DNA of 50,930 nucleotides, counting the filler, from Sphacelaria rigidula (taxonomy: Eukaryota), in assembly GCA_964200075.2 (NCBI GenBank). It is 2 parts of 2 records of this genome, joined end to end, with 100 filler letters (N's around TTAATTAATTAA, not from the genome) between each part and the next. Parts side by side here need not be neighbours in the genome. Positions count along the whole stretch, not along the records: positions 25,520 to 50,930 come from CAXNAA020000168.1; 1 more part is not named here. One strand, 5' to 3'. The notes beneath the pieces were generated by a model. The model did not search any database. It saw only the letters and a program-made list of their open reading frames with translations, and was not told where the DNA came from. How positions within the stretch are numbered: the first letter of the stretch is position 1; each line of letters begins with the position of its first letter. The position numbers and the translations under genes were made by a program. Shown here piece by piece: positions 49,734 through 50,930 of the stretch.

Positions 49734-50930
49734 ACTTTCGACGGGAAAATCAAGCTCGTCCACTGGACGGAGAGATAGGCAGACTGCCAATCGACTTGAC
49801 CTGTGTGTACAGCGAGTGACGAACGGAAGTTGTCTTGTTGATCGTTTCCCTTGTAGTTTTACAGGATTGTTGGCCTTGGCTTGTCTACTTGTGCATTATG
49901 TTGTTTACAGTAAAGTTTTCACGACGGGATGGTTATACATGGAAGGAATGGCAACGTTCCACCACACCGGCACCACACTGCCTGAGGACCACGTTACAAT
50001 TCTGGGTTGCTCTTGCAAGTTTCAGAATTTACATAATCGTATTTCGTTCTGTTCTATTATATAGCGTATGCCTCAGATTTGCCAAAATGAGCGATTTTCA
50101 AACTTGTGACAACAAGACATGAGCCATCGCACGCTACGGGGACGATCTTCTAACCATATTATTCAACGAATAAAAAAGCCCCTGTAAGGCGTTGCTTCAG
50201 GCACAATCGACTTGTCGATCTGGAAAGGTGGCGTGGCGCAAGCAGATGCCGTAAACTATCCCATGCAAGGGATGCGTACACGTTTTCACCAAATTGTTGA
50301 CCGAAGGAACCACTGTTGAGCAACAATCGATACCCCCAGTAGTGTGTGATTGCTCACTTGAGGGAAGAAACGAGGTTACGCCGTTCTGTGGTCCTGCGCA
50401 AGGCGGTGTAGGCACGGTTCGTGTTGCTGTCCACCTCTATTCTATGCTGGAGTGGGTTCTTCAAGTCGAATAAAAAAATAACCCACATCTCTGTACGAGT
50501 AACGGGCACAAGCTTCACGTGACCCATCTTTGAACCAGACGGCAAAAGTGAAGAATGATGTAGCCATTTTCTCAACGGGTTGAGGAGCTTGGACAAGTGT
50601 GAACGAGGCATGTCCAAACCGGTCATGTGAGGAGCGTTGGAAACTACCCGGGTTCGGAATTACTATATTTTAACGGACCTGGATTAAGTCGTGCCACGGT
50701 AGGGGTGCACATCTTAGGCTAACTTGTTTACTTGCAACCTGGTCATCTGCATATTGTGATGTGTACACTCTTTCAAGTTGCACGCACCCTTCGTCCCAGA
50801 TGTTTCTCACTGACGGGCTCCTGACACTTTCTACGATACCCCCCCCCCCCCAAAACCAGAATGGGTAGACCCGCAAGAAGCCGCCACAACACTACGGCTG
50901 CGCTGGGAAATGGGAAACCCACCAAATAGA

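Noticed and set aside
50197-50930. Possible convergent gene end at the right edge
   Set aside because: Only short ORFs without motifs; not supportable from this window.

Overview
Eukaryotic, intron-rich genomic DNA. Gene structure and repeat content suggest a brown alga or related stramenopile, but that is inference. An artificial 100-nt spacer (N44-TTAATTAATTAA-N44, 25420-25519) splits the window, so the two halves may not be truly adjacent. Left half: a minus-strand spliced gene of at least 17 exons (1139 to at least 22782, at least ~1237 aa, 5' end unresolved), assembled by hand with consistent splice phases. It encodes phage spike/tail-fibre-like beta-strand repeats, VGIG(T)-type fibre modules, a Peptidase S74 (intramolecular chaperone) domain lacking the canonical catalytic Lys, and a C-terminal coiled coil. 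Its ~11.3-kb intron holds a decayed RTE-type LINE whose ORF begins with two PAM2-like motifs, a SINE, a compound microsatellite and an internally deleted Gypsy element. Right half: a probable decayed KDZ-type transposase, tRNA-derived SINEs, and a plus-strand ~29-exon SMARCAL1-like (HARP + SNF2) gene (~32025-49733). Two minisatellites (~61 bp and ~41-42 bp units) are also present. No rRNA, genuine tRNA or CRISPR array was seen. All calls come from reading the sequence by eye; no searches were run.
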